Source: Fimicolochytrium jonesii | Taxonomy: Eukaryota | Direction: 5' to 3' | DNA: 64,000 bases | Assembly: GCF_025526975.1 (NCBI RefSeq) | Contig: NW_026515689.1 | Span: forward strand, 62,001 to 126,000 | Shown: positions 13,160-26,259 of the stretch, piece by piece | Numbering within the stretch: position 1 is the first letter of the stretch | Layout of the letters: each line of letters starts with the position of its first letter | Notes under the pieces: model-generated | Told to the model about the DNA's origin: nothing | What the model saw: only the letters and a program-made list of their open reading frames with translations | Databases searched by the model: none | Position numbers and translations under genes: made by a program

Positions 13160-14793
13160 GGAAACGAGCGACGGCTGCAGGTGTTGGCGGAGGCTGGGGA
13201 GTTGGGCCACCATCCTTTTTGGGAACGACCATTCCGTTGAGTCGGCTCAGGATAGGTGACCCCGCTTCTATGCCCCTTCTCCGCGACGCAACGCAGCAGA
13301 ATTCTCAACACTCGGACCGTCCAAACACACACCTACTCACACGCTTCGAAACATCCATCAGCGTATACCCCTCTTGGTCTCTTGGGGATTTGCGTCCCGT
13401 GTTGGGATTGGGTGGTGATCATCTGCGTTTCGCTAGTTCGCCGCCCCTCCTGGTGGGGGATAACTACCCCTTTCCGGATGAGGTCGTTCGAAGAGAGTGG
13501 GAGTAAGCGCGGTCGTCCATGGATCTGGACCTTTGCGAACGACGGTACATCCCCATCCTCGAATACTGTAGAGCACTTTAGATGATGCTTATAGAGTAAA
13601 CTGTTTTTGGCGCACTTCTAGGCAGTGATGTGCACTGGACACACAATCATGGTCGGCCACAATGTAGACCAGGGAGATCCGGCGGACGTCGAAAGGGTAG
13701 GAGCAGCGTGGTGTTGTACCCACGCATCCCTGCGCGGCCTGTACTGTACATATAAGCACCACGCTGTTCACCGTCTCGTTCTTGTTCACATTCCTGCGGG
13801 TTGCCTATGGTGAGGTTCCGGATGGGCGGATGGAACAAATTGCGATTCGGTTCCATTTCTATCATCAAAAGTTCCCCTAGTAAAGCGCACCGGATGCTCC
13901 GGCGTTCTATGGAGCATGTGCAAGTGAAGTCGTGGTCGCAAACGAATTGGCTTGCATCGTGGACTGAATTCGAAGGGATAAGCTGGTAACGCTGAGTGAC
14001 ACGGAACCTGTCGAATGTTTCTATGTGCCCGTCAATTAGATCCTGTCAATTTGGAACCCACTTCAACAACTGACAGCTCACTGGGGAGCAGGGTGTACAT
14101 CTCCCAGAACCTCTCCCTAAATCGTGGATCCATACCACTGATGGTTTTTCATAGCAGCAAAAAGAAGGGGAAAGTCCTTGCGACTTCGGAGAGCGAGGAT
14201 GAGCAGATCGTTCCAAACAACGAAAGGAAAGGCCGTGCCATGTCCCCCGAGAGTCGTCTTGATTTTTTCCGCGACCCGAGGGAGCTCTAAATCACTAGGG
14301 AAAGGAGAAGCAGACGTCTCCTGCCAGGTAATTGTGGACACCGCCGCGATTCAGTTCCAACATCGCTGAAGTTTCTTGAAAATGTCAAATGTCAAATCAG
14401 GGATCACAGCGCCATATTCGCAGCTGTCCCCGCCGCGGAAACGGACACAAAGTACATCAAGCTCACAGAAACCCCGAAGAACAGTCCATCGAAAAGTGCT
14501 GGGTGGGAGAGGTCGGGATTCTGGAGAAGGTCAACTCTGGCCGACACATGGATATCAGGGTGAAGTAATATCCGGTTAATACTATTAGTTGGCAGGGTAA
14601 GAACAACGTTCAGGGAATGTCCAAGTAGGAATACGATGCGGCGTAACATGGGAATATGAAAATACGGATTTGAGGCAAATGCCCCGCAGGCTTGTCATTA
14701 GAGCACTTTCAGGACTAGGACAGGCTAGAACTCACGCCGGATACTGTCCCTGTATGTAGAGACGTATCTGGCAACGCGGAAATCATGCCACTA

Positions 14794-15470
14794 TCATGAA
14801 CGGCTAATCAAACAACTCACTCTCAAAATACAGCGGCATACCAGTCCCGCATGGTTCAACGGCTTCGCTAAATCATTGATATCCTCATTTGTATTATAAT
14901 CGAGCAGGACAAGTCCCGCTTGCTTGATTCGTTTCAGCTCGTGCACGTCCTTCGTCAAGCGTTATAATACGCAGGAAGATATATCCGCTGTCGAGCTTCC
15001 AGATATCCCAGCCGTGGTCGGCTGGCGGTGGGAGAGACTTTCTCGGCGTGTCCGAGGACCCGTCCGCTCTTGCTAGACTTTTCCCGCTTCATTCCCTTCA
15101 TGTCGGTCTTGTGAGCCGGCTGGCGTCCGTGCCTTCGTCTTCGAAGACCTTCACAGCTTGTCTGCCCCCGGAAGGGACCATCCGCTTCTTCAGCTGTCTT
15201 GACACACTCATTCAAGCAAAAGCGTCAGGGACGTCCGTACCAGATCCCTTCCACACTCGTCCCCGTCTGCCCCGGACGCGGCGGGACCGGAATATTCCCG
15301 TGCGGGAATAAGGGCGAAAACTTTTGCCACGGCGGCGGACCTTTGGATGTCACGTCAACGATAGTGCAGCCTGGGTACTTTTTGGCAAGAGTGGCAGGTT
15401 TTGTGCGGCGATTGGCGACTATCACGTAACCCCCTTCTGGGCAGGGCTTGGATATTGGAGGGTGCCATCG
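14794..15470 (-). pseudogene. disrupted DUF6939-like protein
   Basis: Pieces IVDVTSK..PWQKFSP.FPHGNIPVP..SVEGI / VKVFE / KTDMKGMKR..GRVLGH..YLEARQRIYLPAY / LVLLDYNTNEDINDLAKPLNHA lie in different frames. There are two 1-nt frameshifts, and the junction of the intron at 15240-15162 gives TGA where Trp is expected. Family call is from memory of the motif. Confidence 0.65.
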
Positions 15471-15799
15471 CCGCGGAGAGAGAGGGCGAAGCTGAGCATT
15501 TAAGCATAGTGCTATGCGAGAGATCGGATCCCTAATCGTCCAGAAAGTCCAGAAATGCAATTCCGTGCCGTGCGGGGAAGGGTGGAATGCTGAGTGGAAT
15601 GTTGGAATGGTGACGAGCGAGACGAGCGAGCCCCAAGCCCCGTTCTGCATACGCACCTACGTACAGTACCATACGTACAGTACAGTAGGTTTATAATACC
15701 TACCTCCATCAAAGTACAGATAGTAACGCCGCACATACGCACCAGCAAAGTTTACCAGCTACCCTCTCACTTTCAAAACAATCCAGCACATTGTCAACA

Positions 15800-17050
15800 A
15801 TGGGTATGCCGTGACACCATATGCAACTACGCGAATATGTCATCCCCAAACTGACCAGTTCTTGCAGCTGCCCAGAACCCAAATCCAGAAGAGGCACCGA
15901 CGGCCCCCGATACGAAGACAGGAGAGGAATCGGATGTAGACCCCACCGCCGCACCTATAGTTGAAGCGACGCCAGTAGAATGCGAGGCGGTGATCTTGAC
16001 CCCGGCGGAGCGAAAGGTGGGTTCAAGGAGAGGGAAGCCGCGGCCCATGCTATGTCTCCGAAAGCGACATGAAACTGAACGGGGGATCCATCTGTGTTTC
16101 TTCTAGGCTCTCATTGACGATGCGCGGTCACATAAGGCGAAAGGGAACAAACACTTTCAGGGCGGGGAGTATGCCGCGGCGATTGAGAGGTTGGGAACTA
16201 CCGTCTGGACCGCTTGCGGATGGAGGGACTGACCTCGAGAATTTTTCATAACCATATTTCTCCAACATCACATCACAGATACGAGGAAGCCTTAGCGCTA
16301 GCTCCAGAAGACGAAACCGAAGAGCGCGGCATCTTCTTCGCCAACATCGCGGCATGTCATATCCACCTGGTACCCATCGCGCATCCCATCCTGTTCCTGG
16401 CCCTCATTCGCATCTTTACAAGCATTTTTTTTCTTATTCATGCAACAGAAAGACTACCCAGAAGCCGCACGGAATTGCACAAACGGTAAGGTTCCAATCC
16501 TCAATTTCGATGACCAAACAATCAGTCCTCACCTCAACCCGACTCCATTTGTCTTCCGGGCCACAGCCCTAAAATGCAAACCAGACTACCTAAAAGCCCT
16601 AACCCGCCGCGCCCTCGCAAACTCACATATCGGGTCCTGGGCATCCCTCAGTGATGCGTTGAAAGGTAACCCCACTATCCCCCCATCACTGCGGAAGTCA
16701 AATCGTTGACTGACTACTGACCGACGTGGATGGAAAGATTACAAACGCATCCTAGAACTAGACCCCCACAACCGCGAAGCCGCGCGGTCAGTCAAACTCC
16801 TCCCGGGGCAGATCGAGGTGCAGCAGGAGAAAGAAAAGACGGAGATGCTCGGTAAAAAAATCCCATATCACTCAGACCCGTTTATGTCGAGACGGGTTAC
16901 TGACATGTGTGTGATTTGGGACTGTGGGGTTGTGTAGGAAAACTGAAAGACCTCGGCAACACCTTCCTGGGCAATTTCGGCCTCTCGCTGGATAGTTTCC
17001 AGATGAACAAGGATGAGAAGGGCGGGTTTAGTGTCAATATGAAGAAGTGA
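15800..17050 (+). CDS. TTC1: tetratricopeptide repeat protein 1-like
   Basis: HKAKGNKHFQGGEY, FFANIAAC, PDYLKALTRRA TPR motifs. C-terminal GKLKDLGNTFLGNFGLSLDSFQM is typical of TTC1. Multi-exon, with a 4-nt first coding exon. Confidence 0.8.
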
Positions 17051-17906
17051 GAGGCGGGGAAAGGGAAGGCGTACGGCGCGAGTGGGGAGGTGAAGGAGCG
17101 CGGTGTGGGCTGCTGTAACTCGTGTGCGCCGCCAGGCGGCTGGCTCCTGGGGATACAGGTCGGAAGCGGAAAGCGCCAACGACAGGAAAGGCGACCCCAC
17201 CCCGCGCCGTCGGATAGCCCTAGATCTAGAGTAGCCCCGACGTCGGCTGAGAAACCCGACACGCGCAAAACGAGGCGCAGAGTCGGGTCTCACGGCTTGG
17301 ACACCCCGCTGGCTTGCGCACACCGGCGGAAATGCGGCGTAGAGTGATATCAGTATTTTTTGGGAAATTCATACAGTTACTGCAACAAAATGCGGGCCCC
17401 GGTCCGCTAACATCCACATTTCGACTCGAAGACGTTAAATGCAGCGTGTATCAGTGTCAGTAATAATGATATATGCGTGAAAAATGTGTCCGAGTCCGTT
17501 GTGTGGGGAGGAAGGAAGGGGATAGAAGGCGGAGGGGAGGTGGGTATGTTTGTATATGTGTGTGTGTCCTCCCCATCAACCCTCCTGTGCGAATGGTGGT
17601 GTTGCGGCGTGGGTGGGTGTGCGCGTGAGTGAGACGACCCACCCACGGGCCCTGGTTCGGGTGCGGTGCGGTGGCATGTCGAAGCGTGTGCGACTCCTCC
17701 CGTCCTCTCCAGCTCCCCACACCATACGCGCCCGCTCGGGTCCGTCCCCGGATAGCGTCATTGTGTCGTGTATCGCATACGCCCCCCCCAAAAAAAGTCC
17801 GGGCCGCGCATCTCCAGCCGGGCGCTCGTGCGACCGGATATCCGTGCGTCCAATACAACCGGGGTGGGGGTGTCATCGTCATCCCTCCTGAAACCCCCCA
17901 TCCCAT

Positions 17907-19863
17907 CTACGCCCCAACACCGACCCCCGCGCCAACCCCCGCGCCAAACGCCCCCGCCAGCAACACCTTCGCCCACCCAACCGCATAGAACGTCGCGGCG
18001 TTCGTCGGGAACGCCCTTACGGCCGTCGCGGCCCACCCGGAAAACAACACGCTCGGCCCTTCGGCGCGCACGATCGTGCGGAGGCATTGGAATGTGCTTG
18101 TGTAGGTTTTTTTGGATTCGTTTTCCGCTGGAGGGGGTAGGCACAATGTGAGTAGTTGTGAAATTGGGGGGGTAAGGGTGGAGGGAGGAGGAGGGGGGGA
18201 TGTAGAGACATACCGGATTGTAATCGAGTCTTAACAACATCGAACGGATACGTCGACAACCACGCACACACGCCCGCGAGCCCCCCCGCAAGCAAGAGTT
18301 TGAGCGAGGGTTCGGACTGCGGCGGGGTGTTGGCGGGGATGAGGGCGCGGGAGAGGAGTTCGTAGGTTGCGAAATATGCTAAATTTCAAAAAAAAAATCA
18401 AGAATGGGTGGGGTGTGAGTGTGAGGTTCGAGGCGAAGGGCTACGCGAGAGGGGGATGGGGAACACGTTACCTCCATAACTCGGCGTCTCCCTGATGATC
18501 GTACACCCCAATCCGCGGAAGTAGCCTCGTATCCCCGCTTGTCTGTATATCTGCACGAGAAAACCTGTCAATTACATTGCAAACACACCCGCGCCGTCCC
18601 CAAATGTCTTACTTACTTGTTGCATGCAATCCACGGGTCCTTTGTACATCGGGATCCCGGGCGCGCCGCTTGCGGTTGGTGGCGCGTCGCGTTGGTTTTG
18701 GAGGCGGATTTTTACTGACAGGGAGTGGGAGGGGGGTCAGTGTCGGGTGCGTCGGCTGATGATAAGCGTGAGGGGAACGTACCTAATTCCATCGGACAGC
18801 TGGGAGGGGAAAGGATCGAGAGGGGTCAGGCCACTCGGATCGTCAAAGAAAACCCTGGAGCGTATACTTGCCCGCACGCACCTGAAAAACGCATTGATGA
18901 ACCCGCTCGCCGATCCTGCGGCCGCGATGCTCAAAATCGAGTCTTCCCCGCTTCCAATATGTCGTAAGAAGTAGCCGTATACTCCGAATAACAGACTAGT
19001 CGGTTTATCCGAAATGTCAGCATCTTCTCGTCTTGCCTCGTGATGACCTCCTCCCCCCGCGCAATACGATAATTCGTTACCTGTTGATAACGGCTACCCC
19101 GACTAACGGCGACGCCATGCCTTTGTAGAGACCTCGAAACTGAGGGATGTCATCCAGGCGATGTTAGATTATCGTCCTTCGCGACCTCTCCGCCTCCCTC
19201 GCCCGCCCCTCACGCCTCATATTCCACAACACCGTACCCGCTCTTCCCGCACGATACTCGTCATGCAGTGTACCGTCCCGCGGTACCGTTTTCCTGTTTC
19301 GTGTTGGCTCTGGAGTCGGACTCTGTGGGTAATAGGAGGGGTTTTGATTAGGGATGGAGTGTGATGCTGATAATCGAAGGCGGCCCGGCCCGCCGGTGCG
19401 ACATGCATACTTTATCGTATCCTGCAATTACATGTATCAGCCAGTGGAATGTGGATGAGTTTGGAACGGACTTCTACTCTGTCTGCAACTCACCAGAGGA
19501 TGTCCTGCTAATACGCCGGCACACCTATGAACAAAGCAACGACAAGTCCACAGGCAACAAAGCGTTAGAGCCTTCGCCACCTATCCAACCGCTCGATATG
19601 ACCTCCCCACAGCGATCCGCATGAAAACACACGCTCCTTACCCTAGACGAGCGAGAAAACCAAGAAACAACATAAGTGACCCGGATGATTAAGATGATAG
19701 ACCAAACACGAGAAGGAAGGTTGTAGTCCCGCTGCACAGCAAGAACACGGAACCTCCATACATAGGTGTACACACCTCCAACGATACCGGCGGCAAAGTC
19801 TATCCCTAGAGCCGAGTGTCCGTGGACGTCGATGGAGAAGACACTTTCTGCTGGTTCCGCCAT
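17907..19863 (-). CDS. mitochondrial carrier (SLC25A29/YMC1-like amino-acid/carnitine carrier)
   Basis: Three Px[D/E]xxKxRLQ signatures reconstructed over many exons (HPLDTIKVRLQ, CPMELVKIRLQ, YPFDVVKTRLQ), plus GLYKG, RETPSYG and RAFPTNAATF. Confidence 0.9.
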
Positions 19864-20788
19864 ATTGGATGCGAGAAGTGGGTGGTGAAGGTGTGGGGAA
19901 GACGTTGGGATTGCGGGCAATGCAACGGACGACACGGCCTGAACAGCGAAGGCTACACTGTTGCGACGGGGTTATGCTAAACACATGCACAGCTGTCCTC
20001 ATAGACTACCCCACTTTTACCGTCGTGTAGAACGGGATAGGAGCCAACAATGCTTCTGCAAAAGTGGACTTACAAGTTCCATCAAACGTTCATATATCGG
20101 TGTACAAGCGCCTCCCCAGCTGACCGCGGGCCGTCGAGCGAGTGACCTTCAATTGTTGACAAGATATACAACACCTCGCTGCCAACTTCATAAGAGTACC
20201 GGCGCACCAGGCCGTACCAGCGACACGCCGGCCATGCCTGTATCACTGGGCCAATGGCCATATTGTCATTTGGAAAAGAAGAAAAAAAATGGACGGACTG
20301 CGCTGCATTGGAGCCGCGGCCTAGTCAGTCACCTCTGGTGTTTTACAATTTGCTCGATCTGGCGTATACGGCGTCATGCTGCTATGAAGCCCCATGATGT
20401 CCAATACAAAGTTCCATACAGATATACAGTACCATACATGAGAGGCATGATGCCCGCATGCCATGATACAGCATATCGCATGCCATGATGTTTTACCCTC
20501 GCAGTTTGGGTTCTGTTGTTGCAGTGAGTTTCAAACGATGGGATTGAAGGACGGGCGGTCATGCGCGAGCTCTTTCTTGTCGAAATGGGAGGAGGCGGTT
20601 TCGACCAACGAGACGCCGGTCACGTGAGGAGTCACTAGTTTCAACGTGTTAATTAGAGCCTTCTTTCCTACCCAGCAACGTCACACTTTCCCTTCCGTTT
20701 TCCATTCCGTTTTTTCGCCCTTACGTTACACCTCTTCCCTGTCCTGGGAGTTCCCTAACGGCCGTTCAGGTCTCAGGCAGCAACGGCA

Positions 20789-22823
20789 ATGGCTCCACCA
20801 TCACAAAAAAAACAACAGCTGCCACAAGCAGGCAAGCCACCACCTGCCACCGACACACCAACTTCGGCATCCCAAGATGAACACCCCAACCCCAACAGCG
20901 ACGAACCACCAGACAGCGTCAACATCAACCCCAACAACAACACAAACGACGACGACGACAGCGAAACGCAATCACTCCTCTCCTCCCGCCCTACCAATAC
21001 CACTCCACTAATACCACCACCACTACCACCACACGGCCACGACGACGATGACACACCCACAACATCCCTCTCAACCATCCAGATCATCAACCTCAACGCT
21101 TTCTGGTTTGGGTACCAGCTGCTTTGGTTTCTCGTCTTTGTTGTCGTGGTGCCGGCTCAGGTGGCCGAAATTGCGGGTCCGCAAGGGAAGGGACGCGCAC
21201 TGTCGGCGGTATCGCTTTGTGGTGGGATATTGAATTTAGGGTTGGCGGTTTTGGTAGGGGCTTTTAATGATCGGTCGAGTGGCGGGAAGTTTGGGAAGAG
21301 GTGGGTGAACGCGGACGGCGACGAGCGGAGCGAGGCGTGCTTCAAATTGATGCAGGCGAGCCCGAGGCGAGCCTTGGTTCGGTCTGGAAGACCGAGCGAA
21401 GCGAGGTCGACCTGAGCGAATGCCGTCGCGAGCGACAGCGGAGCGAGCCACATTGCGCCAAAGGCGCAATACTCCCCTCACGGGTTTTAGCGAGCGCCAG
21501 ATCTCAACCGAGCGAAGAGGATATCCTTCATTGCACCGCCCGACTGACCGCATCGCCATAACTTTCCGGGCCGACACACTTCGAACCCTACCGGCCGCAC
21601 ATTCTTTTTTTTGTGTGTTTTGTTTTCGTTGAGCGCAAGTTCGAATCCTCACGGGCGTCCACTCTTTTTAGACACCCCTGGATCATCCTCGGCGCCCTCG
21701 GCATGTGCCTAACCCTCTTCCTCATGTGGCCCACCACGCCCCTCCCCCTCTACATCCTCTTCTTCACCCTCTTCACCGCCTCCACCGTCCTCTGCTCCGT
21801 CCCCTTCAACGGCCTCATCGCCGACGTCACGCCCGCGCACCAAAAGGCGCGCGTGAGCGCCATCATGGGCGGGATGAACCTCGCGGGGTACCTCACTGGC
21901 GCCGTGGTCGGGATTGTTGCTGCGGAGGTGTCGTATCTGGTGTTGTATGCCCTGATGACGGTGTTGATGGGAACCGCAACGTATATGACGGTGTGTCTGG
22001 GCCCGAGGGAGCCTGCGCATCATTATATTCCGCAAGAGGAGTTGCCGCCGATAGACTGGAAACCGTTCATGGTTGGGCTGGTGAAACCGCTATGGACGCA
22101 CCGGGATTTTGCACTCGTCTTTGCGTCGCGGTTCCTGTTCCAGTTGGGGATCGGGACGATCCAGCAGTTCATGCAGTAGTAAGTCCCTTCATCACAATCT
22201 CACCCCCTTTTCCCAACTCCCATCTGATCTCTGTATTTTTTTTCTTTTACTTTCTCGCAAGCTTCATCCAAGACTGCGTCCCCACAACCCTCCCCCCCAC
22301 CCGCGCCGTCTCCCTCGCCCTCCTCCCTCTCCTCCTCACCTCCCCGCTCACCGCCCTCCTCACCACCTCCCTCCCGCTCAAAAAACCCACCGTCTACACC
22401 TCCGCCCTCCTCTTCACCCTCACCTCCCTCCTCCTCATCTCCACCCGCTCGTTCCCCGTGGCGCTGGTCGCGAGCACGGTGTTTGGCGTCGGGTATGGCC
22501 CGTTTGTGTCGGTTGAGTTTGCGATGTTGATGGATGTCTTGCCGGGACGCGGCGACGTCGCGAGGGATATCAGTCTGTGGCATTCGGCCCTCGTGTTGCC
22601 ACAGATTGTCGCGGTGCCGCTGGCGGGGGTTGTGAGGGATGTGGGACAGAGGTGGGGGGAGAAGGCGGGGGATAACGAGCTGACGGTGGGAGGCGGGATG
22701 GGGATGGGAGGTGGGGAGGGAGAGGAGAGGGGGTGTTTGGGATACCAGATGATTTTTGCGATATGTATTGTGTATTTCGCGGCGGGGGTTGTGGCGACGA
22801 GGGCTATCCGGGGTGTGCGGTAG
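20789..22823 (+). CDS. MFS transporter (sucrose/glycoside-like)
   Basis: Multiple TM segments, GAFNDR..KFGKRHPWI, GLIADVTP..QKARVSA. Introns 21301-21671 and ~22177-22261. Confidence 0.85.
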
Positions 22824-23096
22824 GATCTGAACTCTCGGGACGTAGACTTATATATATTCCAGGAAAATGAAAGACAACGGCGTTTTTTCCCTCGAGATGG
22901 GGATTCTTCGTTTATGCGCGCTGGATATGCGATATGCAACACGTATGCACACTTCCCAAAAAAGACTGACCGCCAAACCCGCATCGCTCTACGCCGCATA
23001 TATGTCCCGCCGGGGCGGATCCCGGTGTGTAGGTGGCGGATAAGCCGTGTGACCCAACTCAGCGCTCGCTTGTGCTAGTTGGATTCGCAGAAACCC

Positions 23097-25190
23097 TCAT
23101 GGTGCCCCGGCGGATTTCCATCCTGACCGATCTCCCAAACCGAGTTTAATGTCGTCGTACGGCCCGGCTAGCTCGCAACTCCTCCGCCACCGTACGCCCG
23201 CACCTCCTTCGCTTGGAAATCCGCCATCTGCACCACCGGCTGTTGCGAAAAATGAAACGTCATTAGCCAAAACCACATCGACACGCACCCAATCTCAACC
23301 CCATATACCTTGTTTTGAAAACCCTCCCTCGCAATCGCCGCCAAACTCGCCCTCCTCACAACCTCCTTCAAATCCGCCCCCGTAGCCCCCTTCATCCTCC
23401 GCGCAAGTACCGCGAGGTCTACGTCTGGTGCGAGTGTCAGGCGCTTTGTGAGAGTCTGTAGAATGGACAGCCGGTCACGGTGCGTGGGGGGTGGGATTGA
23501 TATGAGGCGGTCTATGCGGCCTGTGGGTTGTGTCACAAAGTGAGAGTCAGTGGAAACAAGAAAGTGTCGGAGAAAGAAGGCTGAACACATACCAGGCCTC
23601 AACAACGCCTTCTCCACCAGCCCGGGGTAATTCGTCGCACATAACAAAACAACACCACTCCCCGCCTCCAGCGCGTCGATCTCAACAACCAGCATCGAGA
23701 ACAGCTTCTTGCCCGCATCGCCCATGTTCTCGTGCCGGGAGAATAAAGCTTCCAGCTCGTCGATGAAGATGATCGTGGGGCTCGTGCGGCGGGCGAGGGT
23801 GAAGGTGCGGGTTATGGCTTTTTCGGATTCGCCCACCTACGGGAGAAGAGGAGAGGGGGATAGAAGGTGTGAGGTGTGAGGTGGGGTGGGGTTGGGTGAT
23901 GGATGGGGGAGGTGGGTTTACCTCGCCTTTGATAAGCTCCGGGATGGAGATGGGCATGAAATTGGCGCCGGATTCGGTCGCGACGGCTTTGGCGAGGAGG
24001 GTTTTGCCTGTTCCTGGTGGGCCATGGCTACGCATGCAATTACGAGGTCAAACACGTCAAGCGAAGTTGAATGGAGGTGGTACTGCGTGATTGGGGACCT
24101 ACAGCAAGACGCCTTTGGAAGGCGCGATTCCGAGCCGTTTGAAAGCGTCGATGTTTTTGAAGGACCATACCACGCTTTCTTTGAGGAGAGTCTAGAAACC
24201 GCGGAAAACTTCGTTAGCACATTCTCGCGGCGGTACGGTTTCCCCCATTTTCACAATACCTTCGCCTTCGCATGGCCCCCAACATCAGCCCACCTCACAA
24301 CCTCCACCTTCGCCCCCTCATACCGCCCGCCCTCACTCGCCTTGATCTCCACCGCCCCAAACGCCGCATCAAAGTCTTCTTGAACCAGTGTCACCGAACT
24401 GCCATATCCATCCCCTTGTCTGCTGAACGCATGCCGGAGGGCGGAGTCGCAGAGCTCGGCGAGGTCTGCTAGGCGGAAGGCTTGGGATCGTTCGGCGATG
24501 GGGTGCAGGTTGAGAGGTGTTGGGTGGGATGAGGAGGTGAGGTAGTGGAGGAGGGCGAGGCGGTGTGGGAGGGTGGGTAGTTCGAGGGGGATGTTTTCCT
24601 GGCGATGAAAAATTAAGTATGGTGCGGCGGATGCATTGGACACAGCAACGGTTAGTATGACACTAACCTCGAACCGCTTCAACACTTCTGGATGCAGCGA
24701 GGATGAATCGGAACATGTAGCCAGCAGCAACACGCCATTATCCGCATCCCGTATCCGTTGTAAACTACTGGTGAAGGCAAGGTACATCTCGTCGGTCGTG
24801 TTCCTCGCGGGAAACACGGTTTGCACTTCCTCGATGCATACTGGTTTATCAACGTTAGTTCCCCATCTGTACATTGGAGCATGGAAAGAGATTTCGGTCG
24901 CCTCACCTACGCACCTCCGTCGGTCGATGGCTTGTGCGAAGATGTCATCAAAAGCGTACGCTTGTGCTCGTCGACTCAGGGAAAGACTTGCACTGGACAC
25001 CGTAATCAACTAGTCGATTTCGTCAGGAGTTGGACACTTGGGATTAAAGGAAAGAGGTGACTTTTACGCACCGACAAGTCCAAAGCCTGACAAAGCGCCG
25101 CCACTAGCGTTCGCTTTCCTACCAATTGGCCAAGCAGTCCGTAAGATCACCATCATCTTTGGAGCCCTCCGTCGTTCAGTTGACATTCTT
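23097..25190 (-). CDS. CDC48/AFG2-family double-ring AAA ATPase with degenerate D1 and intact D2; 5' end uncertain
   Basis: D2 has [43 protein letters not shown] and GADL. D1 Walker motifs are decayed (GKRTL, CIEE). Confidence 0.8.
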
Positions 25191-25395
25191 GCCCACCTAT
25201 CCCACTCAATCCCGTAAGGAGCCCACTACATAGCGCCTGTATCCCCGTATCCATGTAAACATCATGGTGTTCGCACTTGGCCGTGACAAGTCGCCTCAGC
25301 CTGGGGAAGTCATCCCGGTGAGAAAGGCCTTATCAGTGACTGAAATTCTCGTTCTCCCCTCCGCACAAGTTGCCAAATGACCAACCCAACCTGAC

Positions 25396-26259
25396 ATGAG
25401 CTTCACCGACGGCCTCGAGGGGAAAGCCACTGCCTTCATTGTTCCCGGTGGAGGGCATTTCGCAGTTTGTACTCGGGGTGTTGTAAAAGCAAGGAAATCG
25501 AAACCAGATGTGCCCGCGCCGCCGCGAACCTCAAAACACCCATGTCTCTGCAGTGGGAACACCATGGTTCTGCACAGACTTGGGACCACAATGCAATCGC
25601 AGGACATGACCGAACTTGAGAGGACATGTGGGCACAAACAGTGCAAGCTGGTAAGGCCTCTTGACACACACACGCACACACACGCACACACACACTCACC
25701 TCTTCTCGCAGATAGGACTTCCTGCCACCGAGATTGCAATTGCGACGGACGAGATTGCAATGACCAACGGGCCCACCGACAGCGACAGTGACACTCGACA
25801 GCAAAGCAGGAGGGACAGCAAAAAACCAAAGGCAACGAGGGGGATGGTTGCAAAGAGGGTTCTGTTGGGGGGTGGCTCCGGTGCAAGGGGAAGGATGGTG
25901 TTTGCGAACATGGGGGGTGGTTCCACCGACTCTGCTGTATGACGACCGAAGTCAAGAACCCTTGCTGGTGGTGTGAGGACTGTCGCCCCACCCGATATCA
26001 CCAAAAAAGGATTTGGAAGGAATTGGAGGGAGCGAGGGCAGCGAAGGGGGCAAGCGATGCAGAGGATGCAAAGGGGGCAAAGGAGGGAGAGCTCGTGCGG
26101 GGCACGATGGAGCCTGTCACAGTCACCGATGGTGGAAGCGAGACAGAGGAGGATCCGACCTTTGGCACACCAAAGAAGAGGAGGGTGATGCGAGAAGGTG
26201 GCACCGACAGACGCAGTTACTTTCGCCCCATTGTGATGACTGTAACCCAACTGCCATAG
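25396..26259 (+). pseudogene. PHD-finger-containing segment (probably 5' part of the TET/JBP gene), frame-disrupted
   Basis: Frame +1 at 25849-25983 reads GCKEGSVGGWLRCKGKDGVCEHGGWFHRLCC..NPCWWCEDC, a PHD pattern (WFHxxC, WxCxxC). An upstream CLC..x25..CGH motif is present. There is a stop or frameshift near 25790-25845. Confidence 0.6.
25664..25695. repeat. (CA)n-type microsatellite inside a predicted intron
   Basis: acacacacacgcacacacacgcacacacacac lies between the GTAAGG donor at 25651 and the CGCAG acceptor at 25711. Confidence 0.8.

Noticed and set aside
14280..14580. Possible degenerate kinase fragment (SLGKGEA...LKM)
   Set aside because: Only a Gly-loop-like word is present. It is interrupted by stops and has no downstream kinase motifs.
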